The notes beneath the pieces are model-generated. The model did no database searches. It had not been told where the DNA came from and saw only the letters and a list, made by a program, of their open reading frames with translations. DNA of 64,000 bases, from assembly GCA_013265495.1 (NCBI GenBank), contig MU057744.1, positions 1,440,356-1,504,355 on the forward strand. The letters are read 5' to 3'. The stretch's first letter is position 1, and every line of letters begins with the position of its first letter. The position numbers were made by a program, and so were the translations under genes. Of the stretch, positions 1-11,861 are shown piece after piece. This stretch comes from Vicugna vicugna. Taxonomy: Eukaryota.

Positions 1-240
1 GCCATCTGGTGATGGACATGTGGGTTGTTCCCATGTGTTGGCTGTTGTAAATAGTGCTGCTGTGAACATTCCACTAATCCTTTAACATATTAATTGCAGT
101 TATGTTAAATTCCCTAAGAGTTACAACATCTGGGTCATCTCTGAATCTGATTTTATTGATTCCTTCATCTGTTAACAGTGGGTTGTGTTTTCTTTGATTT
201 ACTATGTGTCTCGTAATTTTTTATGGAATGATGGGCATCA
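1..240 (-). mobile_element. Old L1 fragments
   Basis: Positions 1-70 (gatggacat...ggttgttccca...aatagtgctgctgtgaacatt) are typical antisense L1 3'-region sequence. The following part resembles older L1M sequence. Confidence 0.6.
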
Positions 241-2999
241 TTCCCTACTCCACGGGCAGACAGCGGATGTGTCTACCCCTCCTCCAGACCCAGTGGCTCT
301 TTGGCTGGTTCCTGGGGCAGGAGACAGGGCTTCTGCCCCTCCCATAGACGCAGACAGGCTTCCTTCTTCCTCTTGTTCAGCAGTCCTAGGGGAAGAGGGT
401 TTGCTGCTGCTCCCCCTGGCTTAAGGCTTTTGCTTCACGGGAGAAGAACATCTGGGGAAGCGTGTGATGTTTTGTGCCCACCCCCTAGAAGCTGCATTCA
501 CCAGCCACACATCTGTGTTAACGAGGGGGGCTTTCTCAGGCCCCCTGCCCTGTGAGTTCCAGTCTTTCTTATGAGCAGTGAGAGGAGTTTCATGGAAGAG
601 TCTTGGGATGAGTGCAAACTTCTGTGTCCCTGGGGCTCTGAGTGCTAAACTGATAGACGAGCTGCATGTGGCCATTGGAAATCTGTTCACCTTTTAGCTG
701 ATGTCTTCCTACCCACTTCTACTGCAGCCTCTTTTTCTCCTGCACTCTTTCAGTGGTCAAAGAGGTATTCTGTCCCCTCTGCTTGGAAGGGTTTGTCATT
801 CTTTGGAATTCAGCCTTTGCTCTCTGCTGGGTTCAAGACAAGTCACGACTTGGTGGACGATCCAGCCTCTCCTCATTTTTAGGGTGGGAGCAGCCTCCCT
901 TTGGGGCTCTACCCAATGTGAATGGAGGTAACTCCCAGACCCATCCTTCCTGCCTTCTCCTCCGTGTCCTGACCCTGTGCAAACAGAACATCCTGCGATA
1001 CTGAGGCAGTGCCACCCCACTCTCTGCTGGGAATGGCCTGCCCCATCACTCTTTTGTTGTCGTTTTAGCAGATTTTTTTTTCAACATAGTTTAAAAGCAA
1101 GTATTTTAAAAGCCTTGTTACTAGAGGCAGAGGTCCCTGTTCCTTCAGAGGCAACACTTTCAACTCCTTCGATGATTCTTTTGGTATATGCCTTCATATC
1201 TCTAAGTAACGTTTTTAGATGACTAGTTCTTAATTTTTCAGTTTTAGATAATGTCAATTTATATTCCATTATGGAAGATAAAGATATGCCTCTCTCTTTC
1301 TCCCTTTCCTCCACTACAAACATCCACCTCTTTGGTCCCCCACCCCACCTTCTAAAAATATTTCCTTATATCTTTGGTAAGATCAGTATTTAGAATTTAC
1401 TTTAATATGACCTTTTAAATGCTATTCAAAGCTGAACCATGGAATAAATTGTAATAATTTAAACCTTCTTCAAAAATATTCTGCTCTTCTTAGACTAAAT
1501 AATTGTCCTGTGTGCTTAGTTTCTATCGCTGACCCAATGCTAATCATTAATTCAACCCTAAACTCTGTGTCACAGGTCTCCATTCTTTCTCAGCACATTT
1601 AGATGCAACAGGTGTGTATGGGTTTCCCCTTCTGCCTGCTGGGCTCCGGCTGGACCACGCCTTGTGCCTAGCTGGTCTTGCTCGAGTCTTGCTTCACTAC
1701 CAATCAGCCTGCTGAACCCCCTGCCTCCCGTGCCAACGGCTTTTTCTTTTTTGGTTTATTTCACTATGCTGATGGAGTGTACAGTCAAGTAGCGTCCTTA
1801 GGTGACACACTCCCAGGGTTCGTGCCGGGTAAATTTACACCACTTGGCACCTCTCTGTTCTGTCGCTGGGGTCACAGCGGCGGCTGAGATACATGGGGTC
1901 CTCGCCTTCCTGGAGCTTTCAGTCCAGGGGGTGCAGCACGCACACAGACAAGACAAGCACAGGTAATAATAAGTGGAAATGATACGAGGAAAACAAAGCA
2001 GGGTACAGAGTGGAGACTTGGAGTGGGAGCGACAGGGCCCTTATGTAAGGGCCCGAGGCTTCCTTCCCAGGCGAGTAATGCAGGCTCCGTCTGAGGGAGT
2101 GCAGAGTCGGTGGGAGGTTTGCCCTTCCTGTGGTGGCTGAGCTGAGCCGGGCCAGGGGGCCTTTTTAGTGGAAAGTTAACGCCCAGGAGCCCAGCGCATT
2201 TGGCCGTGACGGGGCCTCTGTCATGGTCCTCTCTTTAGGATGAGCAAGCACCCCAGAGCAGACACACAGGTGTCCTGGGGTCCCCAGTCCCTGCATGCCA
2301 GTAGTGCTGCGCCAGCTCCCTCAGGGTGCTCTGATGGGGGAGTGTGTCGGGGGCGCGGGGAGGGGGCGTCACCCCTCACCATTGCGGTTGGTGATAAGGT
2401 CTTTGCCAGCAGAGGTCTGGGGGCAGAATGTCATCAAAAGCCCAGCAGTGAGAAAGCGTCGGCGACCGTCCGATGACCACTCCTCGTGATGGGCTTTCTG
2501 GCCAAGTCAGTCACACCCGTTAGGTGACCCTGTGCCCAGCTTCCCTGGATGGAGACGCAGAGCTGTCAGTTTCAGGAGCACCCGGCCTCTCCGAGGATGT
2601 CACCTGCTCTACGTCCTTTGTCACCCTCCCCTCTGCTGACAGGACTGTGCTCACGAGCTTTGGCAAAGCTGACGAAGAGGGAACAGCTTGTCACTGGGCC
2701 ACTGAGACAGCACCTCTGCAGGGTGGCCTTTGTCCCCCTCTTGACTCTGGCCTTTTGATTAATCAGTGTCCTGATTTCTCCCATGACCCCGAGGCTGACT
2801 GGCGTCCCGTGTCACTCGGTGACCTCGCACACCGCGCCGAGGGGAGAGGGTCAGCCGTGCTGTGTTCTCTCCAAAGCCGGGGCTGAAGTTTCCCACCAGA
2901 ACACTGCGGGAGGAGGTAGCCCCCCCGGAACTCGCAGCTGGGGCCGAGCGAAGGAAACACCGCCAGTTCAATGAAACGCCCTGAGCGGCTCCGCCTGCT

Positions 3000-3218
3000 C
3001 AACACCAGGAGGGATGCCTGAGGCGGACGCTGGACCCCGGGGGACAACGATGTGTCCTGTGTCCGTGGAGGTCCGCCGGCTGAACAAGCGTCCCTCCCTG
3101 GGGGGGCTGACAGTGCGCGTGGCGGGGGGCAGGGGTAGAGGGCAACCTCTGTACCTTCCTCTCAGTTTGGTTGTGAACCTAAAACTGCTCTAAACGAATA
3201 GTGAAAAAGGAAAAAAAG
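3000..3218 (+). mobile_element. L1MC-type 3' end, strongly GC-shifted
   Basis: ctctgtaccttcctctcagtttggttgtgaacctaaaactgctctaaa followed by an A-rich tail matches the L1MC 3' terminus. Confidence 0.75.
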
Positions 3219-3319
3219 CACTGTAAGTTCCCAAAGCAGGATTTAAAAAAAACAAAACGGGTTAAATTAGAGGACTAAATAAGGCTACCTGACTCGGTGC
3301 CTGGAAACTCAGCTGGCTC

Positions 3320-4060
3320 AGAAGAGCGCGTGGTTGTCACCTCATTTGTGAGCCGACAGGCGGTGGACAGGGTGCTCAGGGCCCCTGGCTCCGTGCAGGC
3401 CCGGGGTGGGCAGCCGTGCTGCCTCCCAGGCCCTCCAGGCCCGCGCCGGCCCGGCGGCCGGGTCAGCTGCTTCGCTCTGCCCCCAGGGCGCCGAGGACAC
3501 CCGCGTGCCCGGGCCAGGCAGGGTCACCCGTGTGCCCGGGCCAGGCAGGGTGTGTGCTCGGGCCAGGCAGGGTCACCCATGTGCCCGGGCCAGGCAGGGC
3601 CAAGGCAGTGGGTGAGCCCGGCCTGGCTTCTTTGCCCTCTGTTCCCGCCCGGGGTTCTCGTCCAGGGAGGAGGAGCTGGGGTTTCTGCGCATCCCGGCAC
3701 CCTGTGACCTGCACCCACCCCGCGGCCCTGGGAGGCGGGTGGGACCCCTGCCCTGCCTCGGGGTCAGCGCCCACCCACCCAGAGAGACGGCTCTGAGCCC
3801 GGCTCTGCCACCGCCGCCGCGGGCTTGCGGCTAACCCGCTGAGCCCGGGCACGCCTGTCCCTCTGCCAGGCCGGGAGCGCCCCGGGGCCGCGGGCTGCGG
3901 GCTCCCCGTGGTCCCCGTGGGGGTCGGTCGGCCCCGGGCGGCGCGCTGACCGGGCCGGGTGAGAGGAGATGAGGCCTCCGCGCTCATACGCTCCGCGTTA
4001 AGTTTCCATCTTCCGCAAGCTGCCGTCCCCGCAGCCCCGGGAGCCTGAGCCAGGGACGCT
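3320..4060. promoter_or_regulatory. CpG-island-like region
   Basis: Dense CpG and high GC; no gene could be assigned. Confidence 0.55.
3498..3600. repeat. GC-rich minisatellite, about 27-bp unit x4
   Basis: Unit cacccgtgtgcccgggccaggcagggt at 3498-3524, 3525-3551, 3552-3573 (5-bp deletion) and 3574-3600. Confidence 0.92.
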
Positions 4061-5799
4061 CCAAGGCTTTTTCACAGCAGATGTAAGCAGAGCTCCCCTG
4101 CCTGCTGTCCCAGTGGGGGCCTGGGGGGGACACAGATGTCACTGTGTCCCCTCAGAGATAGTGTGCCCAGAGGACTAGGAAGAAGGAAGTGGGGGGAGAG
4201 ACGGCTTGAATGATTGAGTGGCACTTGGTCCGCCCTGTGGTGAAGCCCCAGCCCTTTCCTGGCCCTGGAGGGTGATGATCAGCAGAATTTCTGAAGCCCA
4301 CGGTGGCCCAATGGCTTCCTCCAAGTGACAAATGGCACCGTTGCAACTTGAACGCCTGTGGGTTTCCTCCTCTGAGGCAGAGCTGCCTTCTGCCTTGAGG
4401 GTGAGCCGTGACCTGTCCAGTCGTCACTGAAGGCAGTGACGTGCGCCCCCATTCGCTATAAGCGGACTCCCTCCCCCACCGTCGAGTCCGTGGGCCCTGT
4501 TCCCGGGGCTGTGGGACCCCGCTGGTGGAGGGCCACCTGCGGGGGTGGCCGGAGCGCCCCTCCCGCACTGCTGTGACACAGCCTGTGTTGAACCCCCGCC
4601 CTGGACTGTGGACGCTCGGAAGACAGAACGTCCGCCTGATCCGTCTGCTTTCCAGGATCTCACGCAGAGCCAGTCACACGGAACTGCCTCTTAAACAGTG
4701 GTCGGAAGGGTGGGGGATCAGCCTGTGCCTTGCTGTGTCTTCCCTGGGTCCTGAGCTCAGGTACTGGGGGAGCTGTCAGCGGTTACAGAAGTTGACTCTG
4801 TGGGACTGCAGCGTCTGAGCACAGGGAAGGAGGTCACCCGAATAAATCATGGCCCTTCAGCGTGTTAAAGGCCCTGTGCTTCACTTCCAGCGAGTGAAGT
4901 GAGGGAGCGAGTGGGAAGTCCACAGTAAATTTCAGAATGATCTCCGTAGGGATCGTCCAGCACAATTCCCTCATTTTCTCCAACAAGGAGGCCTAGAGAA
5001 AATCGTTTCTCAAGTTCCACTGCTAAGCGCCCCCACTGACTGCTTATGAGAAACTCTGCCTTGCCGTCCTGTACACCTTTCACTGTATCACCCTGACTCC
5101 CTGTTTATTTGCTTCTTTTAAGAATAGAAATTGCATAGAATTTAAAGAATAGAAATTGATAAACAAGGTAGAAAGTGGGCAGCAGGGAGAATGCTTAAGG
5201 GACTTGCGTCAGAACATGCAGGTCCTCGTCTTGGTCTCACCCACCGGCTATCCAGATGGGACTGACTTACAGAGGGCATTCTTCTGGGCAGGACAAAGGA
5301 GACGTGGGTCTATGTTCCAGTATCTCCTCATTCCTTTCTCTTATGCTTAAGGTTTCCTGGTGAGTTTTTGTTTGTTGCTTTGTTAGGTCTGCCTTGTCCA
5401 CTTCGAAACAGAAAGGAAACCAGTCGCATCTCTTTCCTCCTTCCCCAGGCTGGGTCTGTTCCCAGGGCAAGTCTGACCCTTGAGCTACATCCTCCATGGA
5501 CCCCCTCCCTCCTCTGATTGCCAGTGAGGACACTGAGGAGGAGGAAGGGGAGAGGTGGGACGATGAGAAGGAGAAAAACGAGGAGAAAAGGCAGAAAGCC
5601 AACCACCATCCACTGTCACCAAATGAGCAGGCCAGGCCGCCCAGCTGCATGGCTCCTTGGGGCGCCACTGCCATTGTGGCAAACACGGATGGCACCCCCT
5701 GGAGGTGTGCAGCTGCAGCCGCACGCCATGGGCAGCCCTGAAGGTGGTAACACCGGAACAGAGGGCCTTCGTTCCCAGGACAGGGCTGCCTTCCAGATG

Positions 5800-6600
5800 C
5801 CCCCCGCGTGGCCGTCCTTTCCCTCCTTCCCGGAAGGACTGGTGGGGAGTCCACCCTGGACCCGCGTCTGGAGACAGCGCCCGCAGAAGCGGCAGAGTTC
5901 CCTCCTGCCAGACATTAGGGTCCCCGAGAACTGAGAGGTGGGTTCTCGGGCGGCTGGGGGCCGACCCCGCCTGACCACGCGGGCCCGGCCTGAGGCTGCG
6001 GCTTACTTTCCCCCTTTGACCCCTTAGTCTCCCCCCGGGAGGAAACGGGCAGAGGGCGCTCGGCTGGCGCCCTTCCCACACAGCAGTTCGCGCGGCCCGC
6101 GCCCCGTGGCCGGGTGTCCGATCTCGTGGCCGTGGTCTCGTGGAGCCCAGACCTCCGTCCGCTCCCTCCGCTCTGGCGCTGGCCGCTGGCTGCTGCCCGC
6201 TGCCCCCATCCCAGCCCGGCCGGTCTCAGCGGCGTGGGGCCGCGGAGGGAGGCGGGGCCGCGGAGGGAGGCGGGGCCGGCTCCGGGGGCGTGGCTTCCGC
6301 GCTCCCGGAAGTTGTCGGGGCGGGGCTCGGCCCATCAGCAACCGTGCTCTCGGGCGGCAGGGCCTGGGGCGCTCGCCGGGGCCTGTGTCATCGTGCTGAC
6401 CCCCCAGACACTTCCGGCCCAGAGGCAACGTTGTAGCTGGGCCGGCCCGGGGGTCTCCGTGCAACCGCAGGACGCACCTCCGCCACCGGGACGGAGAGAA
6501 TGACTTAGGGCCTGGAGGGCACGCGTGAGGTCTCGGTGGAGAGAGGGAGTGGGCCTGGGGCCCTGCCTTGTTAGGACCGAGGCGGGGTGTCCAGGCTTAA
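5800..6600. promoter_or_regulatory. Orphan CpG island with promoter-type motifs
   Basis: 18-bp tandem duplication carrying GC boxes (6236-6271), ETS CCGGAAGT (6305-6312), GGGGCGGGGC (6317-6326) and ACTTCCGG (6410-6417). Confidence 0.65.
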
Positions 6601-7744
6601 CGGGGTTCACTCTTGTCTAATTTAAGGCGTAAGAGTGGGAGAGAGGGCGCGGCCGGAGAGGGGAGGTCACTGGAGTAGTCACCCAGTTCCCAGGCTTCCT
6701 GAGAGGACTGGGGGGGGGGGGCAGCGGCCTAACCCCTCCCGGCTGTTTTGCTGGCAGCGGTCGCACGGCAGGGTGTTCACTGCAGAAGGACGTCTTTTGA
6801 AATAGATGCCTCTGCAATCAGAAGCTTAACGTCAGGCACTTAAACTCCAATCCAAAGCTCAGTGTCAAGGGCTGACCCGACCGCGTCTTTGTCTGAATGT
6901 TCAGAGCTGTGTAGCACCAGAGACCCACACGTGGGTAACACACAAGGTAGCTTTTTGTGACGGAGAAAGTGGGAGGCTGGCTGAGAGGCTGCGGAGAGGG
7001 AAGCCGGGAAGCCCAGGCGAGAGCAGGGGCCCTGGGAAAGCCGCCTGTCGGCCTCCTCCCTCCCAGGAAGGGCGGCCTCTGATGGCCCCCCGCCAGAACT
7101 GCAAGGGCGGGGGGCGCCAGCCAGCCTCCCGCCCGCCGCCCCTTCCCGGAGGGGGGGTGAGATTTGTAGCCACGCTGGATGATGGGGCTTAGTTCTGCTT
7201 TTTCGTCTCTTGCAGCTCCGAAACGACATGCCGTTCTTTAAGGAATCGAGTCACACCTCACCCAAGAGAACATTCTTCACCATCGTGATACACAGAAGCG
7301 CTGCTGTGTAATTGTGTGGCTGCGCTTTCTGATCAAGCATGAGCAATGCTCTGAAGTGAAAAGCAAGCGTATGAGAGAGTTGTCGTTGAATATGTATAAA
7401 CAGTTTTAAAATCTAACGATTTTTGTCAGGCTTTGGGGGATTCTTGCTCCTTGTCTCGCAACATAACTGAGGAACGGATGTGAAATTATAGGAGAAGGTC
7501 CCAGGGCGCGCCCTGGGTGTGTGGTATCCTCGCTTTTAATGCTCTTACGTCCTCCTGTCGTGGAGATTCTAATTTACCTTACAGTTCAGTTTCCAGGAAC
7601 TGAATATACTTAATTTTCAGTCTTTTCTTTGGTTCAAATCTTTATTTCATGTCTTCTTATTATAAATACTAGTGCTAGAGAATAAAACACAACACCGTAT
7701 TTCACACACAGAAAGCTGGCTACTTCAGCTCTGAGGAATGACTG

Positions 7745-8852
7745 AGAACTTTCGCATCGACATTCATCAGCGGTACTGGGCTATAGTTTTCTTGCAGAAT
7801 CCTATCTGGCTTTTGTATCAGGGTAATGCCGGCCTTATAAAATGAGTTTGAGAGTATTTCTTCCTGTTTAATTTTTTGGGGAAAAATTGGAGAATAATGG
7901 GCATTAATTCTTGTAAAAACATTTGATAGGATTCACCGTGAAGCCATCCGACCCTGGACTTCCCTTTGTTGGGAGGTCTTGGATTACTGATTATACCCCC
8001 TTACTCGTTATTGGTCTGTTGAGATTTCCTGTTTCTTCCTGATCCAGACGTGGCAGGTTGCACGTTCCTAGATATTTATCCATTTCTTGTGGGTTATCCA
8101 GTTTGTGGGCATATAGTTTTTCATTGTAGTCTCATAATCCTTTGTATTTCTGAGGTATCAGTTTTAACTTCTCTTTCATTTGTAATTTTATTTATTTGAA
8201 CTTCCTTTTTTTTTCTTGGTGATTCTAGCCAACGTTTGTCAGTATTGTATGTTTTTTCAGAAAACCAGCGTTTAGTTTTGTTGACCTTTTTGACTGTTTT
8301 TCTGTTCTTTATTTCATTTATCTCTCTTATTATCTTTATCTGCTTCCTGTGCTAGCTTTGTGCTTGGTTTGTTCTTGTTTGTCTAGTTCCCTGAGCTGTA
8401 AAGCTGTTTGAGATTTTTCTTTTTTCCTTAGTGTGGGCATTTACACTGTATGATTCCGTCTTATCACGGCTTTTGCTGTATCTCTTAAATTTTGGTATGT
8501 TGTGTTTCCACTTTTGTTCAAGATATTTTTTGATTTCGTCTTTGACTTAGCTGTTCTGGAGTGTGTGGTTTAATCTCCAAATATCTGTGAATATTCCAGT
8601 CTTCCTCCTATGACTGATTTCTAGCTTCCTACCACTGTGGTCAGGAAGGATACTTGTTATGATCTCAGTCTTCTTGAATTTGCCGAGACTTGTCCTGTGA
8701 CCCGTCGTGCGCGCCCTCCTGGAGGAAGGTCTGTGGCTGCTTGGGAAGAGTGCGTCTTCCGTGCTGTTAGATGGGAAGACCTGTATATGCCTGTTAGGTT
8801 CACTGGTCTACGGTATGGTTCAAACGCAACGTTTCCGCATTGATTTTCTGTC
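7745..8852 (-). mobile_element. L1 ORF2 fragment (late endonuclease to start of RT), degenerate
   Basis: Antisense L1 ORF2 nucleotide motifs throughout. The minus-strand translation includes RQKINAETLRLNHTVDQ (EN domain). Confidence 0.88.
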
Positions 8853-9990
8853 TGTGAGCGCCGGTCCTCAGCAGGGTTCTCAGCAGTGGACTAGGGCATG
8901 CAGGAACACAGCCTGAAGGGCTAGCCGCAGGAGAGCCCAGTGGTACAGGCCGGTGACCAGAGACGGGCCTGGATCTGGGCCCAGGGCAGCTGCAGGGGCC
9001 ACCGCTCTCAGAGTGCTGCTCTAGTGGCCGCACTGTCTCCCACCAGCATGCACGCAGCAGTGGACCAGTGATGGGGGCTGGGCTGGAGGTGTGCAGGTGT
9101 GCAGCTGGGGGCTAGTTACAGGTAAGCTCTGTGGTGCAGGCCGGCGACAGGAGAGGGGTAGAATCCTGGCCTTGGCTGTCAGAGTACACTTCTGTGGCCA
9201 GAAGATCTTGCCATGGGTGTGCCCTTGGCCATGAGGGCTGGTGCTGAGTGTCAGGCTGAGGGCATGCAGTGTGCAGCAAGAGGGGCTAGCCCTGGGCGCA
9301 GGGGCTGTAAGCTGGCGTCTTGCACTTACAAGGCCTCAGAAGCCAGAGCTGGCCGCCTGTGTAGATCCCAGGCTCCGTGGAGGCTGGGTGGGGCTGGGGA
9401 GCGAGGACGGGGATAGGGAGGGACTCAGGCAGCCGGCATCAGTGAGCGTGCATCCGTGGGCCTCAAACCAGCGAGATATGCAGCTGGCCATTGGTTTCTT
9501 CAGAGGCGGAGACTGCTGGGGTCCCTGCAGAGCAGGTCCTGGGAGCCTTGGTTGCTGGGTTGCTGTGCGTTTGATGTTTGATTGCCCTGCTCTTCTTCCG
9601 TGGTCCTAGCCGTCTCTAGACACCTCAGCGTGGCCGTCCTGGGTGCGTTGAAATCAAAGCAAGACCTTTGCCCCGTGCCCCCAGAGCTGGGGAAGCCGGT
9701 TGTTCACCCCAGTCTCCCGTTTTCTGTGAGGGGGCCTCTGTGTGGCTGGGAGCTCGCTCTTGGCACAAGCTGTCTGCTTGGGGATGGGCTGATGCAGCAA
9801 AAGGGGCCTCCTCCTTCTCGTCTTGTGTGGTCATTCTGGGGCTCTGTCCCTTGTGTTGCTGGGGTTCCTGGAGTGGATTCCAGAGCTCTCGCAGAGCTGT
9901 TTTTATTTGTGGATTGCTGTCTAATTGTCAGTCTTTGTCAGGGAAAGAAGCTGAGTTTCCTACTCCGCCATCTGGGTGACATCACTCCTC
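8853..9990 (-). mobile_element. Probable L1M 5' UTR joined directly to ORF2
   Basis: The minus strand starts aggagtgatgtcacccagatggcggagtaggaaa, resembling old L1 5' termini with a YY1-like ATGGCG. GC-rich, UTR-like sequence continues to the ORF2 junction. Confidence 0.55.
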
Positions 9991-10000
9991 CCCCACTGAC

Positions 10001-10090
10001 TTTTTTAAAGGTTTTTACTGAAGTCTGGTCAGTTGCAATGTTGTGCTAATTCCTGGCGCACAGCGGAGTGATTCAGCTGTACACATACCC
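10001..10090 (-). mobile_element. Short 5'-truncated artiodactyl-type L1 3' end
   Basis: T-tract followed by tttactgaagt...caatgttgtgctaattcctggcgcacagcggagtgattcag, the reverse complement of an L1 terminus. Confidence 0.7.
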
Positions 10091-10822
10091 CCTTGGCTCT
10101 TGAGTTTGGACCCTCAACGGTGCCCCTCGTGGGTGTCCCCTTCACTCTTCCCTCATGCAGGCTCTGGATTGTAGCTTCCTCTGCTCTGCTTTTTTTCCTC
10201 TTAAAATATTCCACCTATTTCCCGTGTTCCAGAATCTGTCCACAATTCTGCTTCATTGATAGCTGACTCTTCCCATGTGTCGCACTCCTTGGGTCTGTTC
10301 GTTGATACCTCCTTCTTCTGCTCTCATGTGAGTGGGATCCGGGGAGGGAAGAGCGGCCATGTACATTTCATTCACTTGCAATCCTGAACCTGAAGCAAGG
10401 AATTCACTTTTGAATGTCGTCTTGGTTTAACTCAAGAGCCAGCATTTCTGAGCTATATTTTCTAGATTTTGGTTAACCACCCAGCATTCTTCAGGTATCC
10501 ACCAAGGAGAGGCTGAAAAGGTTCATGAAAGCAGAAAACAATGAGGAACTATAGATTGTAATTATTGTGCTATTAAGATCTTACTGCAGACAGAAAGGAA
10601 GTAACTGTTTTAATAGAAAGCACAGTCTATGTGCACAAGTACCTTTGAATCTATGTATAAATAATTGGGTGACTTGTGCACTTGCTTATGTGTTGTCCTC
10701 TGGCACATATGTTTATGAAGGCAGGAATTCCTGCCTGTCTTGTTCATCTTCTATTCCCAGTTCCTGTTATGAACTAGGGGCTTAATCAGCATTAATTACG
10801 TGAATGAATGAGTAAATTTCTC

Positions 10823-10847
10823 ACACACACACACACGCACACACACA
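10823..10847. repeat. (CA)n microsatellite with one interruption
   Basis: Read directly. Confidence 0.9.
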
Positions 10848-11840
10848 GCTTCTGGCTTATTACCAAAAAGTGTTACATGTAGAGAAATTCGGATCTATGA
10901 GAACATTCAGTTTTGGGTCGGCTTTCCCCCTGTGAGCCAGACCATAACTGTACACTGTTGTAAAAGGCATTTTCTCAGTTCTTTTGAAGGTTGTCTTCAT
11001 TTTCAACTGTTTTACAGTCCGAGTTAATTCTCCCTTTCTATACTGTGTGCAGACTTTCAATTTTATGAGCAGGTTGGAAGATGAATTTTAAGGACATTGA
11101 AAACTGTCCTTTGAGTATATAAAGAGGAAAGCACTGAAATTTTCTTTATACAGTTCTTAATGCTTTGGAATCCTCATGGCAATTTAACAATTATTATTTA
11201 AGCAGATGTAAGAAGTCATGAGATTTTTGGGTATGTCTGAGACAGATGTAATGCAATAATTATGGGGCTGCAGCACCCAGTATGTTAAGCGTGATGTGAC
11301 GCATTCTGCTCGTTCACATTAGGTAATCCCTTTAAGGAACACGTGTGACCCGGGGTTGTTAATCCTCACAACATTCTTGGGAACTAAATATGGAGCCTGA
11401 AGGTAATAAATGTGTCAGATCTTAAATAATTTGCCATAAAAGAAAAGGACTAAAATCCAGGGGAATGGAAGATTTTAGTGCAAATATTATGAATTGCTGT
11501 GAAAATACCTGAATTTCTGCCAGTCCATTCTGTCAAGTAAACGTTTAGCATCTTTTCTATGACTTTCACCTTCTGTCACGGCAAGGTTCAGCGAGACTCT
11601 TCTAGGGCTCCAGCAGAGGGTCTGAGCCCCGTGGAGACTCCACGACCCCAAAGGGATGCCTGCCCTCTGAGGGCTGAAGCAGCTGCGCAGGAAGTCGGGC
11701 TTCGCTGGAAATGACGTGGGGAGAGGGCAGGAGTGCGGCGCGCAGGGAGGCGCTAGGGGCTCGGGCCCCCTCAGTCTCCCTGAGGCCTGCCACAGCTTCT
11801 CGCTCCCTCTGTCCACCCCTTCCCTCATTGCAGGCTCCGT

Positions 11841-11861
11841 GTCAGCACCACGGAGGGGACG
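11841..11861 (+). promoter_or_regulatory. Candidate RE1/NRSE (REST site)
   Basis: gTCAGCACCACGGAggggacg has 13 contiguous matches to the consensus TTCAGCACCACGGACAGCGCC; the right half is degenerate. Confidence 0.5.

Noticed and set aside
2035..2054. 9-bp perfect inverted repeat gggccctta-tg-taagggccc
   Set aside because: Short enough to occur by chance in 64 kb; no supporting context.
5496..5741. ATG ORF with an acidic/charged stretch (EDTEEEEGERWDDEKEK)
   Set aside because: Comes from a purine-rich low-complexity tract; no family recognised and no exon structure.
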